The notes under the pieces: model-generated
Database searches by the model: none
The model's input: only the letters and a program-made list of their open reading frames with translations
What the model was told of the DNA's origin: nothing
In this document: piece after piece, positions 1-9,920 of the stretch
Layout of the letters: the number at the start of each line of letters is the position of its first letter
Position numbering within the stretch: the first letter of the stretch is position 1
Program-made: the position numbers and the translations under genes
From: a virus
Lineage: Duplodnaviria; Caudoviricetes
Strand: one strand, 5' to 3'
DNA: 64,000 nt
IMG/VR virus record: IMGVR_UViG_3300031994_000079
Coordinates: 1 to 64,000 of that record

Positions 1-174
1 TTTGATACTGTGTGGGGCGTAGGTAATTACTTTATTGATAGAACAGAGGCTCTTGAATATGCAAAGGAATGCAGACAACTTGCGGAATGGTTGAAAGAAC
101 TTAAAATGTATCGGGAAATGATCCCGTCAGCAAGTGAGGTTTTTCTTGACGAGATAAGGAGTGATAAGAAATGA
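1..174 (+). CDS. 3' part of a hypothetical phage protein (truncated by window start)
   Basis: Frame 1 is open from base 1 to TGA at 172-174 and contains CRQLAEWLKELK, a motif typical of small Firmicute phage proteins. Confidence 0.6.
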   Translation, partial: FDTVWGVGNYFIDRTEALEYAKECRQLAEWLKELKMYREMIPSASEVFLDEIRSDKK

Positions 175-413
175 GTGAAATATTTATAAATGATGCTGTA
201 AATGAAATTATCCGTTATAAAAAAGAGTACACAGAAAAGACACTTGCGGAAATCATTACTAAATATGATTTTATTGTTGGCTCAAAAGAAGTCAAGTTCA
301 AGTTGATGGAGGTATTGCCGGAAGGAGCAACTATTATAAGTTCTCCTTATATCAAAAGTCCAAACTTGATTTATGCAATCAAAAAGTTTGATGCGACAGA
401 TTTATTGGCATAG
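171..413 (+). CDS. Hypothetical protein
   Basis: ORF with RBS AAGGAG, ATGA overlap with the upstream ORF. Confidence 0.75.
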   Translation: MSEIFINDAVNEIIRYKKEYTEKTLAEIITKYDFIVGSKEVKFKLMEVLPEGATIISSPYIKSPNLIYAIKKFDATDLLA

Positions 414-429
414 TCAGAAAGGAGCAGGA

Positions 430-816
430 ATGAGCATTCTTATTAAAACGATGACAAAGTTACCAGAAAATTGCTATGAATGTCCTTGCCATGACGGGGA
501 AAGTGGTTATTGTCAAGCGGATGAAGAGCATAGATATTCAAATTATCGCCCTTTTTGGTGCCCCTTGACAAAAACAAGAGAAGAGTCAGAACCTTGCGAT
601 TTTTGTAAAGTGATTTATCCGGATGCTGATACCAAAAATATTGCTTTTAGGAGAGGTAAATATTCTGATTTTAATAAAGACAGTTTTATTACGATGGACG
701 ACAAAAGAACATATTATATAAATGTCGATCCTGGAGATCCTTATGAATTAGGATATTTAGTTGATATCAAATTTTGCCCTTATTGTGGAAGAAAATTAGC
801 AGAAAGAGAGAGATAA
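430..816 (+). CDS. Cys-rich hypothetical protein (two zinc-binding motifs)
   Basis: RBS AAGGAG before ATG 430; CYECPC...C...CPL and C-terminal FCPYCG. Confidence 0.75.
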   Translation: MSILIKTMTKLPENCYECPCHDGESGYCQADEEHRYSNYRPFWCPLTKTREESEPCDFCKVIYPDADTKNIAFRRGKYSDFNKDSFITMDDKRTYYINVDPGDPYELGYLVDIKFCPYCGRKLAERER

Positions 817-820
817 AACA

Positions 821-1120
821 ATGAAATTAATAATTGATATTCCGGAGGAATTAACATGTGAGGGTTTTGAAAGACCTTTTACAGAAGAGGAAAAGAATAT
901 ACTTATCAAAGCCATTGGAAACGGCACTCCTCTTACACCAAACGTATTAGCAGATGCGTTAATGGAAGAAAGGATAAGAGGAAAACTGAATTCCGATACA
1001 ACCTTTGAAAAGGATATTATTAGTGATGTAAAATGTAGGCTAACGGTCGATATCAAAGACCGCAGACCTTGTTATTGCGGTGCCGCATTAAGGGAAGTGT
1101 GGAGAGAAAGCGAGGAATAA
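821..1120 (+). CDS. Hypothetical protein
   Basis: ORF starting MKLIIDIPEE, typical of phage accessory proteins. Confidence 0.7.
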   Translation: MKLIIDIPEELTCEGFERPFTEEEKNILIKAIGNGTPLTPNVLADALMEERIRGKLNSDTTFEKDIISDVKCRLTVDIKDRRPCYCGAALREVWRESEE

Positions 1121-1122
1121 GA

Positions 1123-1329
1123 ATGGCTAATGCAAAGAAATGTGATATATGCGGAACCCTATATGATTCTCCTATATGTAATGACGCGGTTAGAATACAT
1201 TTAGATTTAGGATACGGCGGAGACCACTATGTTGATTTGTGTAGCACTTGTTACGGTAGACTTTGTGATTTTGTTAAACCAGCTCTTCCAAAAAATTACT
1301 CAGTTAAAAGATGGGAAAGTGAGGAATAA
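1123..1329 (+). CDS. Small zinc-finger protein
   Basis: CDICG...DLCSTC; RBS GAGG. Confidence 0.7.
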   Translation: MANAKKCDICGTLYDSPICNDAVRIHLDLGYGGDHYVDLCSTCYGRLCDFVKPALPKNYSVKRWESEE

Positions 1330-1434
1330 GTGATGGGTTGTATAGCGGAAATTGTTTACGGAACTGTTGATTGTAACGGCAATTGTGATAGTTGTCATTG
1401 GTGGGATGACCCACAGAAAGGTGAGGAATGAGGA

Positions 1435-1623
1435 ATGGGGCATAAACATAATGGTGGATTTGTAGTTTCACCCGAACGAATAGCCATAATTGAGAATGAA
1501 ATAGAAGAATTATTTGAAAGAGTAGAGAACATAGAAAAACAGATGGGGGAAGATAAGGAAGAACAATTAAAGAAATTAAAGGCAGAATTAGATTATGTAA
1601 AATTTCGTTGTGCTTTATATTAG
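1435..1623 (+). CDS. Hypothetical coiled-coil protein
   Basis: ORF track; RBS GAGG. Confidence 0.6.
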   Translation: MGHKHNGGFVVSPERIAIIENEIEELFERVENIEKQMGEDKEEQLKKLKAELDYVKFRCALY

Positions 1624-1642
1624 GCAGAAAGTGAGGATAAAA

Positions 1643-1942
1643 ATGGCAAACATAGAGTTAGTTATTAAGATACCCGAAGAAATATATAATCATATCATGT
1701 CAATGCAATTTTATATTCCCGGTTTAAGAAGTGGCAAGTCTTTATTAGAAGAAATTCTTAAAGCAATCAGAACTGGAATACCACTTCCCGAAGGACATGG
1801 TAATTTATTTGATGAAAATGATTTTGAAAAACGTATAGCTATTATGACAGAATCAATGGATTTAGGATATGGTGAAATAATGGACATAATTGATGAAATA
1901 CCTACAATCATAGAAGCAGATAAGGCGGAAAGGAGTGAATGA
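1643..1942 (+). CDS. Hypothetical protein
   Basis: RBS GAGG before ATG 1643; ends PTIIEADKAERSE, a common ending in this class. Confidence 0.7.
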   Translation: MANIELVIKIPEEIYNHIMSMQFYIPGLRSGKSLLEEILKAIRTGIPLPEGHGNLFDENDFEKRIAIMTESMDLGYGEIMDIIDEIPTIIEADKAERSE

Positions 1943-2227
1943 ATGAGCGATAGTTATGAATTTACTTTGCATAATCCTTTGTCCAAAGAAGATTGGGATA
2001 AACTGACAGATGTTGAACTTGAAAAAACGGAGCATATTTGGTTTGAAACGCCAAGTGGAAAAAAGGTTGATTATATTCCGGCAAAGGCACTTAACAAGCT
2101 AAGGACAGAGATAGAGGATTATATAACACATTCCCCATATATAAAATCTTTTATAGATTGTTGCCGTTTAAGGGATGATGTAATGCGGATTATCGACAAA
2201 TACAGAAATGAGGTGAGTAAGTTTTAA
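1943..2227 (+). CDS. Hypothetical protein
   Basis: ORF track; RBS AAGGAG. Confidence 0.7.
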   Translation: MSDSYEFTLHNPLSKEDWDKLTDVELEKTEHIWFETPSGKKVDYIPAKALNKLRTEIEDYITHSPYIKSFIDCCRLRDDVMRIIDKYRNEVSKF

Positions 2228-2237
2228 AAATTACCTG

Positions 2238-2266
2238 TTGTATAAAGAACGTAAATATGTTATAGT
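2238..2266 (+). promoter_or_regulatory. Sigma70-type promoter with extended -10
   Basis: TTGTAT-17 bp-TATAGT with TG at -15/-14. Confidence 0.7.
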
Positions 2267-2289
2267 ATATTTAGAAAGCGAGTGAGACA

Positions 2290-2628
2290 GTGAACAGACC
2301 TACAAGATTTTATTCCAATAGACAAGAAAAATCAGTAGCGAAAGCATTAAATGGTAAAAAGATAGCAAATAGCGGGGCTACGAGATTTGGTAAGGGGGAT
2401 GTAGATACAGACCTATTTCTTATAGAATGTAAGACTTGTATGTCCGATAAGCAATCATTCAGTATTAAGAAAGATTGGATAGATAAGAATAGAGAAGAAG
2501 CATTTGCCATGAATAAACCTTATTCAACAGTATGTTTTAATTTTGGACCTAATAGTGAAAACTATTATGTTATAGATGAACGGTTGTTCAAGACACTAAA
2601 TGATTATCTGAAAGGAGAAAAGGAATGA
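2290..2628 (+). CDS. Holliday junction resolvase, PD-(D/E)XK type
   Basis: E...(SGA)...GDV...LIECK motif typical of phage Hjc-like resolvases. Confidence 0.8.
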   Translation: MNRPTRFYSNRQEKSVAKALNGKKIANSGATRFGKGDVDTDLFLIECKTCMSDKQSFSIKKDWIDKNREEAFAMNKPYSTVCFNFGPNSENYYVIDERLFKTLNDYLKGEKE

Positions 2629-3026
2629 AGAAATTAACAGCAGAGTTAAAAGATTACAAGAAGATGATTGAGGCTGATACGTTGACTATTGAAAAGCCGG
2701 ACGTAGAGTTTGTTAAGTCATGGCTTGATGCTAAGATTGAGTACATGGTAGAGCTTGATAGGTTAGCGAGAATATATGACTTCGATTTGTGTTGGGGTGA
2801 GTATGGCAAAACAGAGCCTTATAGCTATGATGTTGAGATTGGCGTTTGTAGCTCAAATAGAATGTATAAGAAGGAAATTCATATTAACAGGGGTATAGAA
2901 TTGTTAGCTGATATTCTTGGTGAGACGTTAAGCCGTACCAATAGAAAAGATGAGACTTATCCTTATGAGTACAGCTTCATGTACAATGGTTATAGAATAT
3001 TTCAGATAAGTAAGGAGGAGATTTGA
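2625..3026 (+). CDS. Hypothetical protein
   Basis: ORF track; ATGA overlap, RBS AAGGAG. Confidence 0.75.
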   Translation: MKKLTAELKDYKKMIEADTLTIEKPDVEFVKSWLDAKIEYMVELDRLARIYDFDLCWGEYGKTEPYSYDVEIGVCSSNRMYKKEIHINRGIELLADILGETLSRTNRKDETYPYEYSFMYNGYRIFQISKEEI

Positions 3027-3027
3027 T

Positions 3028-3315
3028 ATGGATAAGTATAGATGGTTACGTAGCGGATTACATAGAGGAGATAGAGTAAGAATACAGGAGAGTATGCTCA
3101 TCACAGGTAATGGTAAGAGACTTATAAAAACCGAATATGTTGATGAGACAGAACGTGGTATAAGGTTGAGATTATTCTTTGAGCCTGGTCCGTGTACAGA
3201 AGACCTGAAATGGTATTATGATGTATTTATAGCTTGGCCAGAGTTATATTGTGGTAATATAAGATTAAAGACTTTTGATGGTAGAGATATACGTGCTGAA
3301 AGGTTACATGTATGA
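3028..3315 (+). CDS. Hypothetical protein
   Basis: ORF track; RBS AAGGAGG. Confidence 0.75.
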   Translation: MDKYRWLRSGLHRGDRVRIQESMLITGNGKRLIKTEYVDETERGIRLRLFFEPGPCTEDLKWYYDVFIAWPELYCGNIRLKTFDGRDIRAERLHV

Positions 3316-3689
3316 AGCCAACATATGAATTATTCACAGGCAAGGACTTAGAGATAGCGGAACTTATACAGCAGAGAAGATTCCAAATACTTATTCATTC
3401 CTGTATTTATTATCAGTTTAATGGTAATTTAATATCTGATAAACAGTTTGATAGTTGGGCGAGAGAACTTGCCCAACTTCAACTTGATTATCCAGAAATT
3501 GCAAAGCAAGTATTATATGCCGAAGAGTTTGACGGTTTTGATGGCACTACAGGTTTTGATTTACCTTTAGAGAATGAGTGGGTAATGAAAAAAGCTCAGA
3601 AGCTAATGGGTAAATCTGTACCTAAGAAGAAAGAAGTTAAGAAAGGAAGTCTGTTTGAAGTTAAGAGAAAACCTGGTCGTTTGTTCTGA
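3312..3689 (+). CDS. Stand-alone NAD-dependent DNA ligase N-terminal (domain Ia)-like protein
   Basis: IHSCIYYQ..NLISDKQFDSWARELAQLQLDYPE resembles LigA H...YY..D.P.ISD..YD.L..EL..LE..YPE; no adenylation domain follows. Confidence 0.7.
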   Translation: MKPTYELFTGKDLEIAELIQQRRFQILIHSCIYYQFNGNLISDKQFDSWARELAQLQLDYPEIAKQVLYAEEFDGFDGTTGFDLPLENEWVMKKAQKLMGKSVPKKKEVKKGSLFEVKRKPGRLF

Positions 3690-3717
3690 CTTCATATAAG
3701 ACGATTTAAGACGATTT

Positions 3718-4728
3718 ATGTTGAATATAGTACATAACTACACTCACACGTTAAAAGCTCTTAAAACGCTTGAATATGCGTTTACAGAGCTATCGGAGAA
3801 GCATGTAAATAAGTTAGAATTATCAATGATATATGAGCCACTTATAAATCTGTTCCAACAGTATGGGGAAATAGTTATTGATAATCTCAATTTATATATA
3901 CTGCCTTTAGAATTTAAACATCTTAAAAATTTACCGAAGAATGATAGGATTATGGTTGTTTGTGCTTCAGGTGGTAAAGACAGCACGGCAGTTGCAAAGT
4001 TATATAAAGACAGAGGTTATAGAGTTATCCTATATCATATGAAAGGCATAAATAAAGTATATCAGGATGAATATAAGGCAGTTGATTGCATATCAGCATG
4101 GTTAAAATGCGAATATCATATAGAGGAAGTAAAGCTAACAGGTACTCATGATTGGGTAGAACATCCAATGAAAAATTATATGATTGCCAATGGTGCTATA
4201 CAATATTGTATTGACAATCATCTTCCATTAAATATAGCATTTGGTAATTATGATAGTTCAAGACTTGAAGATATGGATTTTGAAATAGATGCTGGTGATA
4301 GTAGGGATATGTGGGATATATATGAGCTGATAGTTGGAAATGAAATTCCAAATTTCAAAATACATACACCATTACAAAGTATTATGGACACATATGACGT
4401 TCTATTGTATAATCAAGGTTTATTTGAAGCCTGTATATCTTGTATGTCACCGTATAGATTTAGAGAGCATTGGAAACAGCGGACAGAGAATAAATATGGT
4501 GTACAGTTGATGAAACACAGATGTGGCTGTTGTTATAAATGCTGTCTTGAATATATGGTGCTTGCAGATAAAGGATATATAGAATGTAATCAGGAATATT
4601 ATATGCATTGTTTTGAAATCCTTAAAAAGACAGCTAAAAAAGAAACAAAAATTAGGAAACCTAAAACAGATGAAATTTGGAATAGATATATGTGGTATCC
4701 TATGAGTAAGTCACATATGCAATTTTAA
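3718..4728 (+). CDS. QueC-like PP-loop ATPase (7-cyano-7-deazaguanine synthase family)
   Basis: SGGKDS PP-loop, HPMKN (cf. VPxRN), SC...CGCCYKC zinc cluster near the C-terminus. Confidence 0.7.
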   Translation: MLNIVHNYTHTLKALKTLEYAFTELSEKHVNKLELSMIYEPLINLFQQYGEIVIDNLNLYILPLEFKHLKNLPKNDRIMVVCASGGKDSTAVAKLYKDRGYRVILYHMKGINKVYQDEYKAVDCISAWLKCEYHIEEVKLTGTHDWVEHPMKNYMIANGAIQYCIDNHLPLNIAFGNYDSSRLEDMDFEIDAGDSRDMWDIYELIVGNEIPNFKIHTPLQSIMDTYDVLLYNQGLFEACISCMSPYRFREHWKQRTENKYGVQLMKHRCGCCYKCCLEYMVLADKGYIECNQEYYMHCFEILKKTAKKETKIRKPKTDEIWNRYMWYPMSKSHMQF

Positions 4729-4762
4729 AATTTTGGAAAATTTCTAAAGAACGAGGCAAATT

Positions 4763-5704
4763 ATGGCTTTATTTAATACACCTAAGAAACAACATATGCC
4801 AACTATTACAGATAGATTTATAGTAAATCCATTTTCTGTATTGAGAAAAGTAACAGGTCCATGGCAAGATAGAAAACAGTACTGGAACAGTTATAAATTT
4901 AATGGAATAGTTGGCAGAGATACGAAAAGATATAATGCTATGCCAGTAAATATAGGCGGGGCACAAAGTCAGAGTGATGATTATGTGGAAAGTATATCCT
5001 CATTCGATCCAGTATTATGCGAGATTGTATATACATGGTTTAGCAATCCAGGTGATAGAATAATTGACCCGTTTGCAGGCGGTAGTACAAGAGGAATTAC
5101 AGCAAGTATATTAGGTAGAAAGTATATAGGCATAGATTTATCAACAAAGCAGGTTTTAGCCAATCAAACACAGTATTATGAGATGGAACCTTCCAAATTT
5201 GATGGTAGTGCAGAATGGATAACAGGTGATAGCGAATTTGCACTTGACCAGATAGAGGATGGTACCTGCCAGATGTTGTTCACATGTCCACCTTACTATA
5301 ATCTTGAACAGTATACCCATGATAAGAGGGATTTATCCAAGCAAAGAACATATGAGGCATTTCTTGACAAATATACGACCATACTTACAAAAGCTGTGGC
5401 GAAAGTGAATGAAGGATTTATAGTAATAGTAGTGGGAGAAGTAAGAAATCCAGCTACAGGTGAGTATTATGGGTTGGTACCTGATACAATCAATATTTTC
5501 AGGCAAGCTGGTGTGGCATATTATAATGAGATAATCATAGAAGACCCTATTGGTAGTTTACCTATAAGAGGTATTAAATATTTTAAGCAGAGTAGGAAAA
5601 TTGGGAAACATCATCAAAATATGCTCCTATTTTGGAAAGGTGATTTATCTAAAATTCGCATAAAATCAGAGCAAATGAACATTTCCAATAATATCGGTGA
5701 ATGA
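4763..5704 (+). CDS. N4-cytosine/N6-adenine DNA methyltransferase
   Basis: Motif I DPFAGG and motif IV-like TCPPYY. Confidence 0.85.
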   Translation: MALFNTPKKQHMPTITDRFIVNPFSVLRKVTGPWQDRKQYWNSYKFNGIVGRDTKRYNAMPVNIGGAQSQSDDYVESISSFDPVLCEIVYTWFSNPGDRIIDPFAGGSTRGITASILGRKYIGIDLSTKQVLANQTQYYEMEPSKFDGSAEWITGDSEFALDQIEDGTCQMLFTCPPYYNLEQYTHDKRDLSKQRTYEAFLDKYTTILTKAVAKVNEGFIVIVVGEVRNPATGEYYGLVPDTINIFRQAGVAYYNEIIIEDPIGSLPIRGIKYFKQSRKIGKHHQNMLLFWKGDLSKIRIKSEQMNISNNIGE

Positions 5705-5827
5705 GTTTCTACTTATTATAATTGAAATCAAAAACATTTTTCAACTGCCAATTGAAATGTGTTGTTGTGTGTGATAATATGTAAACATGAAACATACAGC
5801 AACATATTTTTTGAAAGGAGACATAGC

Positions 5828-6025
5828 ATGACGGAGTTTGAAAAAGTTTTGATGAACAGAGATGGTTTATCAGCAGAAGAGGCGAACATTGAGTTGCAGA
5901 ATGCCACAGAATCAGCATTAGAGATTTTATGTGATGCAGACCTCAGTAGTTATGATGAAATCGAAGATATGCTGGCAATGGAGTATGTCTTAGAGATGGA
6001 TTACATCTTTGACCTACTTATTTAA
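5828..6025 (+). CDS. Small acidic hypothetical protein
   Basis: RBS AAAGGAG before ATG 5828, downstream of a promoter. Confidence 0.75.
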   Translation: MTEFEKVLMNRDGLSAEEANIELQNATESALEILCDADLSSYDEIEDMLAMEYVLEMDYIFDLLI

Positions 6026-6040
6026 GAAAGGAGAGCAGAT

Positions 6041-6331
6041 ATGATAGTAAAATTAACAATCAACAAACCGTTATCAATAACAGATGTGTACGATTTAACC
6101 ACAAAGGCTATGGGATTTAATCCTGATAAAGTTACAGGTTATGATTGTACAAAGATTGATGTAGCAGAGGATATATTTAATTGGGTAGAGCAGTTTTATA
6201 AGGCTGCTTATCATGATGATTACAAACAGAAGTTTGGTATGGATTGGGTATGTTATGGTCCTAAATGCAATACTGACCTTGCTGATGGTTTAGTAAGAAT
6301 AAAAGAAGGGTTTATAAGTTTTGAAGATTAG
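6041..6331 (+). CDS. Hypothetical protein
   Basis: ORF track; RBS AAGGAG. Confidence 0.8.
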   Translation: MIVKLTINKPLSITDVYDLTTKAMGFNPDKVTGYDCTKIDVAEDIFNWVEQFYKAAYHDDYKQKFGMDWVCYGPKCNTDLADGLVRIKEGFISFED

Positions 6332-6413
6332 CCAGTTGAAATAGCTGATACCTTATTATACAATGTACTTGTAAACAAAACAAGCGCATTGTATCATAGA
6401 GAGGAGACAGACA

Positions 6414-6644
6414 ATGACAAAAAGACAGGAAGATATTATTTGGGAGAATCTGCAGGCGTTCACAAATAATTTTGGTGCACCGAGAATTGAGAAAGAAGAT
6501 TATGGAAAAGGTTTCTATGTGTATTTTCCCGCTGATGCCGAAACTTATATTCAGTATTGCGAGAATATCCACTATCTTGACGGGTGGCTTTATGGTGTAG
6601 TTCAAGGCTTTATGCGGAGAGAATTTAAGGAGGCTAAGATATGA
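6414..6644 (+). CDS. Hypothetical early protein
   Basis: ORF track; RBS GAGGAG; own promoter. Confidence 0.8.
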   Translation: MTKRQEDIIWENLQAFTNNFGAPRIEKEDYGKGFYVYFPADAETYIQYCENIHYLDGWLYGVVQGFMRREFKEAKI

Positions 6645-6883
6645 GAAAATTTATGACCGAGTGTAAAGACACAAAGACAGGACTTTCAATGGTTCTGTCA
6701 GAGTGTTCTTACAATATGGCTATGTTGTGGATTCAAGATGAAGTAGATAGAAGGGATGGTTATCAATTCAAATTATTCGGTAAGGACTGGGAGGGGCTAT
6801 ATGTGATTAGAGTATTAAAAGGTTGTACCAAGATAAGAGATTTCTTTTATGATGAGGAAAGAGGATATTTATTAGGAGAATAA
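6641..6883 (+). CDS. Hypothetical protein
   Basis: ORF track; RBS AAGGAGG. Confidence 0.75.
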   Translation: MRKFMTECKDTKTGLSMVLSECSYNMAMLWIQDEVDRRDGYQFKLFGKDWEGLYVIRVLKGCTKIRDFFYDEERGYLLGE

Positions 6884-6886
6884 ACT

Positions 6887-7090
6887 ATGATAGAACAGAA
6901 AATGTTAAATAGGATAGCATATAATAGTAAGGAATTTTTCTGTAAAGGTGGCGATACAAGAATATTGGTTGTAAGAGATTATTGGGATAGAAATAATGAA
7001 ATAGCTATTGACCTTACTAAACTTACTCCCGAAATCTATGAGCAGATAAAGGCTAATGAAGAAGAGGAAGATTACGAAGAAAATTTTTAG
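6887..7090 (+). CDS. Hypothetical protein
   Basis: ORF track; RBS AGGAG. Confidence 0.7.
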   Translation: MIEQKMLNRIAYNSKEFFCKGGDTRILVVRDYWDRNNEIAIDLTKLTPEIYEQIKANEEEEDYEENF

Positions 7091-7294
7091 TTTCACCTGT
7101 TGTAAAAGTCAGAACCAAGTGATATAATGTACTTGTAAACGATAACAAGCAAGTTGTATTAAGAAAGGAGAGCATTATGGGAGTTTGCACAAACTGTAAG
7201 TATTTTAACCAGTGCGGTTCTCATTCTTATGCAACTGGTAATAAGTGGGCAATAGAGAATTTCCACGCAACACATGATTGAAAGGAGAATAGGT

Positions 7295-7648
7295 ATGTTA
7301 GTAGTGACAATTAAAAATGGAGACAAGTCCCCATTGGAGTTAGCAGTAAATGACCTCAGTGATGTAGCCACAGTACAGCAGTCTATATTAAGAGAGTATC
7401 AGGAAGTACAGAAGCAGGATTTTAAGTTTGACGAGGAGAGATTGCTTGCCAATACACCTTTTAATACTATTGACGAATTGGAAGATTGGGTGGAAGATTT
7501 TGATTATTGGGACGATATTCATGATATGTCAGAAAACTATGATGCATTACGTAGTTCCAATTTTGATAGCGTAGATGAAATGACCGATAAAATTGATGCT
7601 TTACAGAGTGCCATTAACGATATACAGGATACAGTGAGGTATTTGTGA
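7295..7648 (+). CDS. Acidic hypothetical protein
   Basis: RBS AAAGGAG before ATG 7295; D/E-rich. Confidence 0.75.
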   Translation: MLVVTIKNGDKSPLELAVNDLSDVATVQQSILREYQEVQKQDFKFDEERLLANTPFNTIDELEDWVEDFDYWDDIHDMSENYDALRSSNFDSVDEMTDKIDALQSAINDIQDTVRYL

Positions 7649-8059
7649 TGTTACATATAGTATTTGAATATAGGGACGAAATGAGCCATTGGGAATGGAG
7701 AAGGCAGGAATGTGTATGTAGTTCCTTAGCAGAATGTAAGAAGTGGTATGGTCTTGGTGTAGATTGTGAGTACAGGATAATTTCAATTACAAAATGTTAA
7801 TTCACCTGTTGTAAAGTGTTATCGTTTATGATAGTATATTATTGTAAATGATAACACTTTACAGACAAGACAGACAAGAAAGGAGATAAGTTATGGATAA
7901 GAACGAAATGTGGGAATATCTGTATGATAGAGGTATTGCTACAGAGGGAGAATTGCAGTTGGTAACAGATATTGTAGGATGGACAGAAGAAGCTATGCTT
8001 GACATCCTTTATGCGAGAACAGGTTACAGAAATTTTGAGCAGATGGAGGAAGAAGGATA

Positions 8060-8329
8060 ATGACAAGGGAGTATAAGGTAAATACAATCGAAGAAAGTAG
8101 AGTTATAGGTTATTGGTCATGTTTGGGCGGTGTGGAAGTTAGAAAGATAGATTATACGCCAGATGGAATAATGTTCTGGATAAAAGCTAATGCTTGGTGT
8201 AGTAAGCCCACATACCATAGAACCAAAGTTATTGAGCAGTATACAAGTGATGGTGCTCATAGAGACCATGTAAAAATATATAACCAGAGATTGTATCTTG
8301 ATGATTGCCTTAGAGAGTTTGGGAGGTAA
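8060..8329 (+). CDS. Hypothetical protein
   Basis: ORF track; RBS. Confidence 0.7.
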   Translation: MTREYKVNTIEESRVIGYWSCLGGVEVRKIDYTPDGIMFWIKANAWCSKPTYHRTKVIEQYTSDGAHRDHVKIYNQRLYLDDCLREFGR

Positions 8330-8454
8330 TCAATGTTTATAGTATTCTTTATATTTGGTCTTGCTTTCATGGGTAAAGCATTTTTGTGGATTGCAGGTAT
8401 AATATTAGGTATAAGTATATTGGGTAAAATGTTTAAATAGGGGGAGGTAGTAAA

Positions 8455-8640
8455 ATGCAGAAAGGTACATTAAACAGATTAGCAAGTGAAGTTAATGATT
8501 TGGCACAGCATTATAATCCATATGAGTATGCAGATTGTGACGCCAACATAGATTACTTTCGGGAGACACTTGAAAAGTCTCCCGAGATAGTTATAGATTA
8601 TCTGTTGCAGGTAGCCAATGAAATGTTAGAAAGGAGTTGA
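8455..8640 (+). CDS. Hypothetical protein
   Basis: ORF track; RBS GGAGG. Confidence 0.7.
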   Translation: MQKGTLNRLASEVNDLAQHYNPYEYADCDANIDYFRETLEKSPEIVIDYLLQVANEMLERS

Positions 8641-8812
8641 ATATGGAAGAAAAGAAGGTATGTTGTATATGTGGTAAAGAGTTTACAGAGTGGGGTAATA
8701 ATCCGTGGCCTGTAGATATGCACCCTGACCATATATGCTGTGATGAGTGTAATGCTCTTGTTGTAGTTCCGGCAAGGATAAGAAAAATATTAAGAAATAA
8801 GGAGAATTAAAT

Positions 8813-9073
8813 ATGGAAGAGAGAAAAGAAAAGTTTTATAGATTGATTGAAGATGCAGGTTTTACAGGATTGCGAGATTTCGCCAGACATTGTGATATAC
8901 AAGCAGGAAATATATATTCCAATGTGTGTGGTAGATATAAGTTATCTATCGAACGGGCGTTCATTTATGCCAATACTTTAGGTGTACATATAGATGATAT
9001 TTTGACAATATTCTATCCAAAAGAAATGGAAGAGAATTATGAGATTTATAAAGAGAACTACCCGTTGAAATAG
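8813..9073 (+). CDS. XRE/Cro-like helix-turn-helix protein
   Basis: GLRDFARHCDIQAGNIYSNVCGRYKLSIERAFIYANTLGVHIDDIL fits the XRE HTH pattern. Confidence 0.75.
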   Translation: MEERKEKFYRLIEDAGFTGLRDFARHCDIQAGNIYSNVCGRYKLSIERAFIYANTLGVHIDDILTIFYPKEMEENYEIYKENYPLK

Positions 9074-9140
9074 TGCGAACCTTATGATATACTGTTCTTG
9101 TAGTTAAGAACAGTATATTTTTTTTGAGAGGAGACAAAAA

Positions 9141-9467
9141 GTGGCAGAGATAAGATGGAAAGATAACTTAAAGAGTATAGGTACTGATATACCAGGAGTT
9201 GTGCCTAATAATATTTACATGGCTATGTCAAATATTGAGTTTTATACCAAGACCATAAAAGCACTCTTGAAAGTAGGTTGGAGTTATAATGGAGTTGATG
9301 GAGTTATATCTGATTTCCATAATAGAAGGGCTATGAATATTAACATGATAGAACAGTATAATAATGGTGAATATATAGTAAAGATTTGGAAAGATGATAG
9401 TATTCATCTTTATAATCGTAAAGAATATCTATGGAACAGATATAAAATAAGAAAGGAGAAAATATGA
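9141..9467 (+). CDS. Hypothetical early protein
   Basis: GTG start with RBS GAGGAG, own promoter. Confidence 0.7.
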   Translation: MAEIRWKDNLKSIGTDIPGVVPNNIYMAMSNIEFYTKTIKALLKVGWSYNGVDGVISDFHNRRAMNINMIEQYNNGEYIVKIWKDDSIHLYNRKEYLWNRYKIRKEKI

Positions 9468-9584
9468 CTTTTCGGGAATGGTTAGATGAAACATTTTATC
9501 CGGGCTTTGATGCTGATGGATTAAGTGACGAGGAATATTATGAATTAGAGGATGCCTATTATGAATACAGAAAGGAGAATGGTG

Positions 9585-9920
9585 ATGGAAATGATTACTA
9601 CGCCTAACGGCATTGAATATATAACAGATAATCAGGATGCGGTCGAGCTTGTAAGGAAATATATATCTGATGATATGGCTGATTATGTGGAAAATAAGAT
9701 AGTGGAGTTTGATGAAGTCGAATGGCGAAATGCACAGGAATGGGCTTCTGACTATCGTGCTATGGAAATGGAAAATGAAGAATGGCGAAATGAGCTGGAC
9801 GAAATCAACAGCAAGCTCCAGCAGATAACTTATCAGGCAGATAAACAGCCCGGTATGTCCAAGAGGAAGATATTGAATGAATTGGACCTGATTATAGACC
9901 ATATTCAAAAATTATTATAA
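9585..9920 (+). CDS. Coiled-coil hypothetical protein
   Basis: RBS AAAGGAG; heptad-like C-terminal half. Confidence 0.75.
   Translation: MEMITTPNGIEYITDNQDAVELVRKYISDDMADYVENKIVEFDEVEWRNAQEWASDYRAMEMENEEWRNELDEINSKLQQITYQADKQPGMSKRKILNELDLIIDHIQKLL

Noticed and set aside
1100-1945. Several ORFs ending in ESEE/ERSE as a shared protein motif
   Set aside because: This is a by-product of the next gene's Shine-Dalgarno sequence (GAAAGTGAGG) overlapping the 3' end.
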